Of a stretch of DNA of 64,000 nucleotides, positions 30,478 through 44,134 are shown in pieces. The DNA comes from the human T2T-CHM13v2.0 reference genome, Homo sapiens, in assembly GCF_009914755.1 (NCBI RefSeq), contig NC_060925.1, one strand, 5' to 3'. Below the pieces are notes generated by a model. The model had not been told where the DNA came from, did no database searches, and saw only the letters and a list, made by a program, of their open reading frames with translations. Each line of letters begins with the position of its first letter. Position 1 is the stretch's first letter. Position numbers and translations under genes: made by a program.

Positions 30478-31905
30478 TTGATTTAAAAAAACCCTGCATT
30501 CTCTTAAGGAGGCATTTGTTACTTGCCAGGCAAATGAACCCCGGTTTTTTTTTTGGGTAACAGAGGGAGTCAATCAAGAGGCTACCAAGCAATGAAGCAG
30601 GTTAGGGCTTGGATTGATGGCCAGACAGAATGCAAAGGTTTTGCTCTCCTATTCAACCAGCCTTAGGAGGGGTCTGGAGTCACTGGCTCACTGGCAATCT
30701 GGCATTTTGAGGCCTGGGGGAGTTCTGAACTGGGGCAGGCATTGACGATACAGGCCACCTGGTCACAGCGCACCTGAGTGGTGGAAACACGGGGGAAGCC
30801 GAGTATCTTTGAGGGAAAGTCAGACATAGAGTGGGTGGCTCAGGACCTGCAGATCCTTACTGAATCCTGACTGATAATTAAAAATGATCATAAATTCTTT
30901 GCCATTCCTCCTATGTACAGATGGAACCTCTTGGTCCACCTGTCCATCTGGGCTGGCCCTGTGACCACTGAGACTGACAGAACACAGCACAGGAATGCCG
31001 TGTGTGTCTTAAGCTGGGGCCTCGAGAGGCATTGCAGCTTCCCTCTTCCCCTCTTGCAATGCTGTTGCCTCCTGAACAAGGTAGGGAAAATTGTCATCTG
31101 TCAATAATCTCCACTGAGATTATCTCCAGGCTGGTCTCCTTGAGGAAGAGAAACCATGTGCAGACAGAAGCCTGTCTCAGCAGAGGCCCCAAACGTGCAG
31201 ATGAGCCTGGCTCAAATCAAGCAGCAAATCAGTAATTGTCACTAAATTCTGAGTTGGTTAAATCTTTGATACCCTAAATATTTGGAATTGTCTTTTCCGT
31301 TTCTGGCCTGGGGGCTGCCACAAGCTCTGCTACTTCTCCCCACCCATAATGTGTTTTAAATCTCTTCCCAGACCCATTGCTGCAGCTGGGGCTCTGATGG
31401 TCTGTCTCCCAGCTGCGTCACTGCAACGGCCTCACAACAGGCTTTTGGCTCTAGTCTTGGGGAACAAACTGCAGTTTGCCCCTGCTTCCTGACACCCCTC
31501 TTTGAGAAGACTCCCCTTACCCGCATGTGGGGCACAGCCCGTCTGTGCGCTGGAATCTCCCCTGGGCTGGTTCTCAGCAGCACCTTCCCATAAGGTCAGC
31601 TGTCACCAGCGTTCCCCATGGACCCAGTCTCTTTTGTTCGAAAGGTCATAGTCTGTATTGCTCTCGCCCCAGGGCTTGGCAGGTAGTAGGTGCTCAACAC
31701 ACACTTATTGGACAAATGAATGGGCTAAGGTTGGCCCTTGCTGCGGGACAGACAGTGATGCCCACATTTTTTTCTGAGGTCCCACTTAGCTGGTTGTAGT
31801 CGATTTGTGAAATGCAAGGAAGTGAAAATATGATCTTGTCACATTTTGCTTGTTCTTTGTTAGCGTATTTTTAACAGTGGGAGTTGCCATGTATAAATGG
31901 AGCAG

Positions 31906-32193
31906 GGCAGGGTGCAGCGGCCCAAGCCTGTAATTCCAGCACTTGGAAGATGGGAAGATTGCTGGAGGCCAGGAGTTTGAGACCAGCCTGAGCAACATAG
32001 TGAGACACCATCTCTACAAAAAATTTTAAAAATTTGCTGTGTGTGGTAGGGTTCACCTGTACTCCCAGGTATGTGAAAGGCTGAGTCAGGAGGATCCCTT
32101 GAGCTCTGCAGTTCAAGGCTGCAGTGAGCTATAATCACTCTACTGCATCCCAGCCTGGGCAACAGAGTGAGAATCTGTCTAAAAAAAAAAAAA
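31906..32193 (+). mobile_element. AluJ
   Basis: Diverged dimer with poly(A). Confidence 0.9.
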
Positions 32194-32926
32194 GCAGGTG
32201 GGGGGGTGAGGCAAGAAGGCATTTTGGGGAGGAAGTCTTTTTGGCTCTTTTGGGGTCAGCCCTGAGCTTCTCTGGGTGTTCAATTTTGTGGGCTGACATG
32301 CTGGTGACTTTGCATGCAGTGCCCTGACTGCCTCGAACCCTCAGTTGTGTTAGAACAGTGTGTGCCTAGACAACCTCACTGTCTCTAACAGCAGAGATGG
32401 GAGAGTTGTCTCCACTTAAATGTCGGGTGAAAATGGAGAGAAAAGTGTATCTGCAGATCACACACCACTCCAAGAGGAAAGTACAGAATGAGAGACTTGG
32501 CTTCTATCACAAAATAAGTTAGTCTACGTACATATGTGGGTTTGTATGGAATGTCTTCTAAGTTTTGCTTCACTTTTAACATTGTAAACACCTGTCTACT
32601 TCTTTTTTCTTTTCCTCTGCTTCTCCTCCTCTCATCATCCTCCTTCCCCGCTGACTCTTTGTATCTCTGCCCAAATTCTATTTCTTCTGATTCCCCTCAG
32701 CACGCAATGGACAGAAAGAATAATTTAGTAAAAACAAACAAAAAACAGGCCAAAATAATTAATTGGTAAAAATAAATATTTTCAGTCATTTTTTCATTCT
32801 TTGATAACTCTTATGGATTGTGGAGGCTGTTTTTGTCAAATAATTTATGCTTGTAATAACTTTTGTCTACATTTTGGAATTTTCCAGGAGCTTGTTGCTA
32901 ACTTTGGTGAGATTCTCACAGAGTAG

Positions 32927-33330
<404 letters not shown>

Positions 33331-33619
33331 GTCTTATTAGTTTTTATGAGTTTTAATGTTGTCTTTGGAGCAAGATAAAAAAATAAATTGGTTGAAAATG
33401 CATGTTTCCTACAATGAGTTGAAGCAGTGATAATTCATGTGGCCCTTAGGTGGTTTTGGGACAACCCAGTGAATTTGTCTGCTTTCAATCTAGTTTTGCC
33501 ATTTGAAAATTCACTTTAGCTCTCAACTTGATCTTTTAAACAATGAGATATCAAATTAAGGGAGGCATTTTATAAGCTAATTCCTGCCCTCCTGCCCTCC
33601 TGTTGGAAGCCACATACCT

Positions 33620-33825
33620 CTTCTGTGGAACGTTTCCTGACACTCTCAGGGACAAATGGGCTCTCTCGTGTAGCCACCACTCTGGCCTGCAACTGAGGAC
33701 ACTTTATTGCATTTATTTGTTGTCAGTCTCCACCTTCTAAACTGTCTATCTTTAATTTAGAAATTCTTTCCTTGTTCCTCACACATAGTTGATGTTCAAT
33801 AAACTTTTGTTGAATGAATGAAATG
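33620..33825 (+). mobile_element. L2 3' fragment
   Basis: Ends CACATAGTTGATGTTCAATAAACTTTTGTTGAATGAATGAA. Confidence 0.6.
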
Positions 33826-33859
33826 AACTTCTGTGAAGTTATATCCACCCTCTGTATAT

Positions 33860-34075
33860 AATAATAATATTGCATTATTGTGGCATGTCCACTTTGTGCC
33901 AGAGCCTTTTGAGATGTATCTTCCCAGCAGTGCTAATAGGACGACATTATTATTATCATCTTCGTTTTATAGATAAGGAAAATGAGGCTCAGAGAAAGCA
34001 ACTCAAAGTCATGTAATGAGCAAGTGGCAGAGCTGGGATCAGAACCCAGATCTCTCTGGCTTCAAAATTCTTCCA
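33860..34075 (-). mobile_element. MIR
   Basis: TTTTATAGATAAGGAAAATGAGGCTCAGAGA...AAGTGGCAGAGCTGGGATCAGAACCCAG. Confidence 0.75.
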
Positions 34076-34109
34076 ACTAATTTTAAAATCAATTAATTAG
34101 CTAATTAAT

Positions 34110-34748
34110 TAAGTTTCCAGATTTATTGAGGCATAATAGATAAATAAAATTGCTTATATCTATGGTGTACAACATGAGGTTTGGATACATGCATACATTG
34201 TGAAATGATCACCACAAGCAAGCTAATTAACATATTCACCCTCACATAGTTGCTATTTTTTTATGTGTGTGTGTAGGGGTGAGGACACTTAAGATCTACT
34301 CTTTTAGCAAATTTTGAGTATACAATACAGTATTGTTAACTAACTACAGTCACCATGCTGTACATTAGATGTCCAAAATGTATTTAACCTGCATAACTAA
34401 AACTCTGAACCCTTTGACCAATATCTCTCTAATCACACCTCTCCCCTGCACCCCATGCTAGCCCCTGGCAATCACCATTCTCTTCTCTGCTTCTATGAGT
34501 TCTACTTTTTTAGATTCTCTATATAAGTGAGATTATGCAGTATCTGTCTTTCTGTGCCTGGCTTATTTCACTTAACATTCTGTCCTTCAAGTTCATCCAT
34601 GTTGTCATAAATGACAGGATTTCTTCTTCTAAAGGGCTGAATAATATTACACTGTACGTATATACCATATTTTCTTTATACATTTTATCCATTGATGGAC
34701 ACTTAGATTGATTCCAAATCTTCTCCATTGTGGACAATGCTTCAATGA
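34110..34748 (-). mobile_element. L1 3' end (L1MA-like)
   Basis: ORF 34519-34737(-) WNQSKCPS...TTWMNLKDRMLSEISQAQKDRY matches the ORF2p C-terminus; L1MA-type 3'UTR. Confidence 0.88.
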
Positions 34749-34854
34749 GTTGTTCTAATTATTATGCCTTTTTAATCCATTGAGGTAAAAGAGAGTGGAT
34801 CAGAAATATGTTCCCTGCAAACAACTGTTTTTGCCCTATTTGTGTTTTCTGAGC

Positions 34855-35065
34855 AGTGGATTAGTGAAAAGAAGACTGGGTTGGATAAAAACTTGGGTCT
34901 TTGCACTGATTGTTATACTAACCAACTGCTAGGCTGCCTTTTGTCAGTAACTTTACCTCTCTAAGCTCAGTTTTGTTTTGTTTTGTTTTCTGTAAAGTTT
35001 GGATAATGACATTACGTATCTCATGGTTTTTGTAAAGATAGATAACATTAGACAATGTACCACAA
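34855..35065 (+). mobile_element. MIR
   Basis: CAGTAACTTTACCTCTCTAAGCTCAGTTTT...CTGTAAAGT...GATAATGAC. Confidence 0.5.
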
Positions 35066-35366
35066 AATGATGCTTTTTAAAGTAGAAGTAAAATTAATGA
35101 AATATTTTCCCTTGGTATGTAGCAGCGTTTATTTTTTAAATGCTGGTCTGGCATAGCTGTGTGAAAGGAATGGTTTAGATCTGTGTCTGGCCCAATACTA
35201 TAAAGAGAAATGAATGTGCTGGGGCAGTGCTTGATAGTTGCTCAAAAAATAAAAAATTATATATTTTTTTATTTGGACTGCAGTAAAGGTATATATAGGA
35301 GCTTTAATTTCTCAAGTACATTAGCAAAATCTAGTTTACCTTTTAGTATGAGAGATGATCCTTTAA

Positions 35367-35714
<348 letters not shown>

Positions 35715-35844
35715 AAGCCCGGAGTTTCGAGTCTCAATGTCAGGGAGATAGTGGACAGGGAAGGCCTGAACTGTGTCCAGTGACAGGAAGAGAAAATAAG
35801 GCCCCAGGTATAAAACAATCTTAAGTAAAGAAAACATCAACATG

Positions 35845-36372
35845 GTATGGTAACCATGCATTTTATGGTCTGTGTGCTGGTGCTTTGACATCTGGGGCCT
35901 TGCTGACCTTGGGGAGACTGCCGTCCCAGGGTTTGCTGATCTCTAGAGAGCATCAGTCATTTTCCCATGAGCATGCTTTTCAAATGCAAATCAACCAAAC
36001 CAGAGCTCATACCCCTAGCCATATTTTTTTCTCATGGGTTCTCATACTCTGGGACACTCTCCACCTACCCTAGTCACCCCAGACAACTAGGGTCAGCTGC
36101 TACAGCCCATAGCCCTCTGAAATTATTCAAACCAGCCAATCATAAGCCCATGTGCCCTGCCTTACCTGTTCCTTCCTGCAGAAACCACAGTAAAGTCTTT
36201 TACCCACAGTCCCCTGCCCCCTCTGCCTCTGACCAGCCCTGGTACTTCCCCAGGTGGCCTCTCCTCCTGGGAACCTTGAGTAACAACTTCTCTTTTCAAC
36301 AATAGTCATCTTGTGATCTGTTGGCCTTACTCTACTTTGAATTTTTAACTAATACACTATATGTTAAAACAC
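35845..36372 (+). mobile_element. ERVL LTR, MER74-like
   Basis: GCTTTGACATCTGGGGCCTTGCTGACC...ATGCAAATCAACC...CCTGCCTTACCTGTTCCTTCC. Confidence 0.65.
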
Positions 36373-37589
36373 ATACTGATGGCCCAGGCTGAAGACAAGG
36401 GCTTCAGCAGTCATGGAAAGGGTTGGCTTGTGTACAGAATAGCACTTGGGAGGCGTTAATGATCTTTTGGAACCTGCCCCTGGGCTCAGTGTTATGTTTC
36501 TGTGACTACACGTAGACACGTGAACTAAGAGAGCATCACTTGGTGCCCTGTTATGCTATTTCATAGCCCCCTGCAGGAATGTCAGGAATGTGGAGCAGCA
36601 AGGCTGTGCTCAGAGCAGACAAGTGTGGGTCTTGTGGCTAGGGGCCAGTATTCGTCAGCAACATTATGTGGTGCTGATGAGAGGCCACAAATGGCCCCAA
36701 AGACACCACTTCTCCTCCCACTTTGGTCAACTTTGCTTGGACCAAACCTCCAGGGTGCTTGGGCAATTTGAGGGAAGAGGGGAGAAAGACTCAAGAGAAG
36801 AGTGTTAGATTTCCTTCTAGTAAAGCATGTTTGCTTAAGCAGTTAACAAGCAAGAAGAAGAGTCATGATCATAATAATATAGATCTCATTATTGTTACTC
36901 AGTCGCTAGAGTTGGAATATGGTTTTTGTTGTGGAGATTAGTAGGAGGGAGAAGCCTCAGGGAAACCTGAGAAGTGGAGAGGGGCATGGAAGGCTAAAAG
37001 ATGGGGCAGGCAGGGGGCCTTGTTCAGCATCACACCTCTCTACCCAGAGCTTCTCCTTCTGTACCTTCTCTCTGCTCAGATCACAGACTTTGCAGCCCAG
37101 AAGCTGCTTCTTGGCAAGTGCAGCCTGGGGCTCTGCCCCTGAGACTTGCTGCCACGTTTGTTATGCTTGGAGGTCCTGGGGATCCCAGACTGATGAACCT
37201 GGTCGTGTCTCACAGTGTACAGAGACACTTTAGAGTGTTACAATTCCAGAAAGGCTGGCCTTTGCCCCACTGGCCCAGCACTGCAATATCACTGTGCTGA
37301 ATACTAAGTGTGAAGAGTACTGAGATGCTTCTTTCTACTCAAACATTATAAACATGCAGTTTCTTTCTCTAAGTAATTGCAAGCCTTCTGCTGTAATTCG
37401 TAGTGGAGGTCCCCACAGATCATTCGTCTTGCTCACAGCTCTCTTCCAATTACAAGAGAAGCCTGTTCCTTGTTTTCTTTTTGATTTTTATTTATTTTTG
37501 ATTGACTAGGGGTGGATAATAGACAGTGTTTTAAGAATAATGAATTCAGAGAGAATGTGAAAACTACAGGGCCTGGAACAGGTCTCTCA

Positions 37590-38032
<443 letters not shown>

Positions 38033-38155
38033 TGATATAAATAGAGCAGGAATCATGACCCCAAACCTCCAGTGGCTCATTCAAGTAATTAAGGAAGTGA
38101 TTAATTAGATTCTGAGATGAAAGATAAAACATGAGAAAAATGCTTTGTTACTCTC

Positions 38156-38748
38156 TGTATTAGTCAGGATTCTCTAGAGAGACAGAACAAATAGGAGATG
38201 GATATAGACATAGATTAGATATGGATGTAGATATAGATAGATAGATGGGAGAGGATTTATTAGGGGAATTGGCTCAAATGATTATTGAGGCTGAGAAGTC
38301 CCAGGACAGGTTGTCTGCAAGCTGGAGACCTGGGAATTCTGGTAGTACAGCTCAGTACAAGTCCAAAGGCATCAGAGCCAGAAGGTGATGGTGTAACTCT
38401 CATTCCAAGGCCAAAGGCCTGAGAACCCAGGGGTCATTGGTGTAACTCGTGGAGTCCAAAGATCAGAGAGCCTGAAGTTGTCCAAGGACAGGAGAGGGAC
38501 AGTATATCCCAACTCTAGTAGAGAGATTAACCTATTTGCCCTTTCTGTTTTTGTTTTCTGCAGGTCCCCAGTAGACTAGATGGTGCCTGCCCACATTGAG
38601 GGTGGATCTTCCCCACTTAGTCCTCTCAGACTCACATGCCAATCTCCTTTGGAAACACCTTCACAGACACACTCAGAAAAAAAACGCTTTACCAGATTTC
38701 TAGGTATTCCTTATTCCAGTCAAATTAACATCAAAACTTAATCATCAC
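38156..38748 (-). mobile_element. MLT2 (ERVL) solo LTR
   Basis: TGTATTAGTCAGGATTCTCTAGAGAGACAGAAC, GATA-rich tract, GGGAATTGGCTC...CCCACATTGAGGGTGGATCTTCC...AATCATCAC. Confidence 0.88.
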
Positions 38749-39388
38749 GCTCCCTTATTTTTGTTTTCCTAATTGTTTCATGCATGTAAATAGCTCTAAG
38801 AGAGTCCATCAAAACCATGAAATCTCTTCCCTCCCAGAACTGGGTGGCACAGAAAGTGGTGGAGGCTGGTGTCACGATGCAGATGAAATACGGACCCATG
38901 TAAATACAGACCTGTAGTCTGCCACTGCTACAGAGGCTCCACTTCGTTGTGGGATGTAAGATGCAGGTGCAGACTGAAATAGGGAAACTCTGAGCCAGAG
39001 GAGGAGACAGTGATTTGGGCCTCCATATGCTCTGCGGGATATAGATCCTGAGCTCCACTGACCCCCATTCCAAACTTAGGAGGCTTCCTGCTTTGGCTGC
39101 CATTCAGGGACAAATTCATGAAGACTTCCTCATAGCTCTTCCTCCCAAGGCAAATCCATGGACACCCTCCCCTCTGGCTCCCCTCCCAATTGGTGGAGGC
39201 TGGGGGAATGGATCTAAAGTAGGAGGGACCTCAAATCTGATAGTTATTCAGGTCTTACTGGAGCTTCCAGAGAGCTGGGCCTTGGGATCTTCATTTATAA
39301 AATGAGGGGTTTGCACCAGGCAGTCCGTGCCAGCTCAGATTCTGCAAACATGATTTCCTTTACCTATTTATTTCTAAAGTAATGCGTG

Positions 39389-39690
<302 letters not shown>

Positions 39691-40261
39691 CTACTTAAAA
39701 AGCCTCAAATAATACAATGTATATAAAATCCCTTCATGTGTTTTGAGCTGTGACAATGCAAATATGAAGAATGAGTAGGGATCATCTGACTGTCTATGAC
39801 TATGTCTCCATTTGACGGGGACAATTTCCATTTGCACCTGTTGTCTGTCAGTCATTGCTAACAACACTCCTTTTATTCTCAAAATTTCCCAGTTGAAATG
39901 ATTATTTATATGGACCACACAAGCATGGACAGCCCTGGGTGTGGTGCTACGCCACGGCTGGCTGATGAGAGTAGTTTCCCATAACTATAGAAGACATGGG
40001 CAGAGCTTTAGTTAAATAAGAAAAAGAGACTGAATAAGCTGACTGCTATGATGTGTCAAACCCACCAAGGCCTAGAATCCTATGTGATGTCCCCAAAACC
40101 CTATGAAAAAAGAGGGGGATTCTAAGACGAGTGAATGCCCAGTTATAACCCTAAGGTAAGGGGAGAAGGAGGGGCATCTGGGGAGTCAGTGGCCCTTCTA
40201 AGACTTGTAGACATCAAACGAACGCCACTCTCTGTGGGATTAAAAAAGTGGCAGAGAAATT

Positions 40262-40330
40262 CACACACACACATACACACACACACACACACACATACAC
40301 ACACACACACACACACCACACCACACACCA
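40262..40330 (+). repeat. (CA)n microsatellite
   Basis: About 28 CA units with TA interruptions. Confidence 0.95.
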
Positions 40331-40334
40331 TTTC

Positions 40335-41930
40335 TTGACCCTACCTCCCTCTCCAGTTGTCATTTTATTCCATGCTGTCCCTCATCACCTGGTTTTCTGA
40401 AAAATAACCCTGGCCTTATTGTTTCTCCTCTTTTACTTTGGTCAAGCTTCTGTGCCCACTCCTCACTCTCACCAAGATCATTAATGAAGCACTTCAGGTC
40501 CTTGTTAGTTGACCTGCCTTCTTGCAGTGCAGGATGCTGATTGCTGTCTTTTTGAAGTCTTCCTTTTCCAACCTCTGTAGTGCTCCTTCTCAGACATCTT
40601 TGCTCAATCCTTAGAGTTTGGGTTCCCCAGTGTTCTGCCCTCATCCCATTCAACAATTCTTCCTGCAGCTCTTGTCCACACCAATTCAACTATTACCTAC
40701 AAACCAGTGAGTTGAAATCCCTATCTCCAGACGTTTCTCATGAGTTCCATGCTTATATACCTGACTACCTTGAGACACATTCCTATAGTTTTTCCCCATG
40801 CACCCCACTTCACACGCTTAAACCTGAGATCATCAACTGCCTTCACCATTTCCCAAGCCTATCTTGACTCTTGCATCCCTAATCTTGTGGAATCTCACTG
40901 CCATCTACCCCGTTCCCAAGGAAGGTCTATATAAACTATCAACTTTATTTTCCTTTTACTCCTTACATCCAAACAGTCAATAGATGCTGTCAATTTTATG
41001 CTTTTGACCTATATCATGCTTCTGCCCTCTTCTCCATCCCCACTTCCCTTCTTCAGGCTTCTATTACTTTCCATCTAAAACACTGCATGGGCAACTTCAT
41101 TGATCTCCTTGCCTCTAGCTGTGTTCCCTTTTGGTCCAACCCTGTGTACTCTGACATCAGAGCAACCTTTTGAAATCCCAAATCTGATCACTGTTGCCAC
41201 TTTATTGGAGTTCCTTCCTATGTAGCTCTGTTTTCCTTGGGGTCCTGGAATGATATTGGAGAAGGCATGGATCAGACCAATAGCTATAGGAGAAATGGCA
41301 CATAAAAGCCAAGGTCTTATCATAGGCTCGGGACATTCTTTATATATTTTTTTTCCTGAACACTGTTTGGATTCGCCCCATTAAGCAGAGCAAACACCAA
41401 GATTCTTTTACAATTGGAAAAAGGTCCTAAGAAGGAGACCCTGGGGTTCCAGTTAATTTGACTGTGTGGTGGCTCAAGAAGCTAGTTAGAAAGATATGTG
41501 ACCTCATTTGTTTTCCTAAACTGATGAAGGGAGCCTACAGTTACATGTGAATAAGGAACTGTAGCAATGAATAAAGAACTGTAGCAGAGAGAAGAGACAA
41601 CCTGGCACATGCTGGTTGGACTCCAGTCTTCCAGGGTTGGGAGATGCTCCTCCCGTACTGCATTCTAGTGTTTCCCTCTAAACTTCTGGATTCCATCACG
41701 TCTCTGCTAAATACACTTCAAAGCTTCCTTCAGGATTAAAGCAAAATTCTTGAGACTAGCACATGACATTGTACTTGGTCTGGCCTCTGCCTTCCTCGCT
41801 ACTCTGCCAACTGTATCTCTTACTCCAATTAGACAAATCATTTTCAAAAGTGCCACACTTTGGTCTTGCTCCATGTTTTCTCTGCTGGGAACCTCTTTAT
41901 TCTCTCAGGGCTTCTGTGCCTCATTCCTTC
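40335..41930 (+). mobile_element. L2 fragments (interrupted)
   Basis: Pyrimidine-rich L2 body, e.g. GGTTCCCCAGTGTTCTGCCCTC, CTCATGAGTTCCATGCTTATATACCTGACTACC, AAATCTGATCACTG. Confidence 0.6.
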
Positions 41931-41932
41931 TT

Positions 41933-42070
41933 TGCTGTTTGGATGAGATTTGTTTATCCCCATCAAACCTCATGCTGACATTTGATCTCCAATATGGTGA
42001 CCTTGGGAAGTGGAGCCTAGTGGGTGGTGTTTAGGTCATGGAGGGCGGGGAATGAATCCCTCATGAATGG
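41933..42070 (+). mobile_element. MST-like MaLR LTR 5' fragment
   Basis: CCCCATCAAACCTCATGCTGACATTTGATCTCCAAT...GTGTTTAGGTCATGGAGG...CCCTCATGAATGG. Confidence 0.7.
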
Positions 42071-43119
42071 GAGACTGAGGTGGGAAGATCACTTGAGCCC
42101 AGGAATTCAGGACCAGCCTGGGCAACATAAGCAAAGTCCCGTCTCTAAAAATAAAATTAAAACAGTTAGCTGGGCATGGTGGCACATGCCTGTAGTCTTA
42201 GCTACTCAAGAGGCTGAGGCAGGAAGATCTCTTTGAGAGGTGACAACATGCTAGCAGCCCTCGCTCACTCTCAGCGCCTCCTCGGCCTCGGTGTCCACTC
42301 TGGCTGCGCTTGAAGAGCACTTCAGCCCGCCGCTGCACTGTGGGAGCCCCTCTCTGGGCTGGCCGAGGCCGAATTTGGCTCCCTCTGCTTGCCCGGAGGT
42401 ATGGAGGGAGAGGCCTGGGCGGGAACCAGGGCTGTAGGTGAGGCTTGTGGCGAGCCCGGGTTCCGGCTGGGTGCAGGCTCAGTGGCCCGCAGTCGGAGCG
42501 GCCGGTCGGCACCGCTGGCCCAGGGAAGTGAGGGGCTTAGCACCCAGGCAAGCAGCTTCGGAGGGTGCGCCAGTTCCCCCAGCACTGTCAGCCCGCCTGC
42601 GCCATGCTCGAATTCTTGCCGGGCCTCAGCCTCTTCCTTGCGGGACAGGGCTCGGGACCTGCAGCCCTCCATGCCTGAGCCTGCCGCTGCCCCTGCCCTG
42701 GCCTTGGCCCCCCGCCCACCATCTTCTTGCATGCTGTGGAAGCTTTGTTCTTTCCCTCTTTGCAATAAATCTTGCTTCTGCTCACTCTTTGGGTCCGCAC
42801 TGCGTTTATGAGCTGTAACACTCACTGCGAAGGTCTGCAGCTTCACTCCTGAAGCCAGTGAGACCACGAACCCACCAGAAAGAAGAAACTCCAGACACGT
42901 CTGAACATCTGAAGGAACAAACTCTGGACACACCATCTTTAAGAACTGTAACACTCACTGCGAGGGTCCGCGGCTTCATTCTTGAAGTCAGCGAGACCAA
43001 GAACCTACCAATTCTGGAAACATCTTGAGCCCAGAAGCTCTGGGTTGCATGGAGCTATGATTATGCCACTGCACTCCAGCCAGGGTGATTGCGTCAGATT
43101 CCATCTCTTAAAAAAAAAA
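42067..43119 (+). mobile_element. AluJ split by the LTR12 insertion (42067-42233 and 43023-43119)
   Basis: GAGGCAGGAAGATCTCTT | TCTTGAGCCCAGAAG...CACTGCACTCCAGCC. Confidence 0.9.
42234..43022 (+). mobile_element. LTR12 (ERV9; LTR12C/D/E-like) solo LTR with an internal deletion
   Basis: TGAGAGGTGACAACATGCTAGCAGCCCTCG...CTGTAACACTCACTGCGAAGGTCTGCAGCTTCACTCCTGAAG...CA; perfect TSD TCTT. Confidence 0.93.
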
Positions 43120-43189
43120 TGTCATGGAGGTTATGCAAGACAATGTCAAGGTCAAGGAACCATATTTTGTCACCGAAAATTCATTATCT

Positions 43190-43557
43190 CCTTCAACAGA
43201 AATATTTACATTGTAGCCCAGTGTATGGCTAAATTCCCTTTCCCAGTGTCCTTTGCAATTAGGTGTGTCATGTGACTGGTTTTCAATAGGTTGTGCACAG
43301 AAGATACATTTCTGCACCAAGGATTTTAAACAGTGGGTATGATACACCCTTAATTACTCTTCCTTTTTTTCCCAGCTAAGTGCAGAAAATGCCAAGACCC
43401 TAGGGGATGGTGGAATGACAAGATTGTAGGAGCTATCTGCCATCCAGAACACATATCTTGAACTGTTGTGGGAGCAAGAAACAAACATCTGTTGTATTAG
43501 CAACATGGTACATTATGTAGCCTATTAGTTATAGCATCTTGATCTACTCTAGATAAT
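43190..43557 (+). mobile_element. MLT1 (J/K-like) LTR fragment
   Basis: TTCCCAGTGTCCTTTGCAATTAGGTGTGTCATGTGACT...GAGCAAGAAACAAACATCTGTTGTATTAG. Confidence 0.6.
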
Positions 43558-43559
43558 GT

Positions 43560-44125
43560 GGAAAGCTATTTAAAGTTGTTGTTGATGATAAAATGGTAGT
43601 AAGAATTGGTTGGCAGGGGTGAGACTGATAGAGGATATGGCAATAGTTTGAGATGGCTGAATCCACAAGACTGATTTAAGTGACTTCATGCAGAGGGTGA
43701 AGGAGAAGGAAAAGGTGATGAGGACTCTAAGGTTTTGCATGGGTGATTGGTGATATCATTCACTAAGGAAGGGATTCCATCAAGGAGGGTGGGAGACAGG
43801 GAACAGAAGGTGTCAGGGAGTGGGAAAAGGGCAGTCATGATGTGGTTGAGGTTGAGGTGTCAGTAGAAAATCTATATGGAAAACTCTGGTTTGCAGGTGA
43901 ACGTTTATATGTGGAGGTCAGGCCAATGGGGTCTAAGCTGAAACCCAGGTGTTGATGAGGTAACGACATATAGATGATAATGGTAACAGTTGGAGCATCC
44001 AAGGAGACTTAGTGGGCCAGAAGCAGACCAACGGCTGACTATGAAGGAAAATCAACATTCTAAGAGGGGAGAGCCTTAAAATACCTAGACATAAGCCTGA
44101 AAAGGCCCATGTGACAAAAGACCAG
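43560..44125 (-). mobile_element. L2 fragment
   Basis: GAGGACTCTAAGGTTTT...GGGTGATTGGTG...CATTCACTAAG...GTTGAGGTGTCAGTAG. Confidence 0.55.
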
Positions 44126-44134
44126 AAAAATTCA

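Larger units (their letters stand above)
29052..30562 (+). mobile_element. ERV solo LTR (LTR47/MER72-like, uncertain) split by a MER4 LTR and an Alu monomer
   Basis: TATAAGCAGACAGGGAGG...GGGTAACA with 4-bp TSD GAGG at 29048-29051 and 30563-30566. Confidence 0.6.

Noticed and set aside
38195-38250. GATA/TAGA-rich tract as an independent regulatory repeat
   Set aside because: It is the usual microsatellite-prone segment of MLT2 LTRs
42198-42954. Longest ORFs (210 aa minus, 140 aa and 126 aa plus)
   Set aside because: They lie within the GC-rich LTR12, are open in several frames on both strands, and show no recognisable protein family
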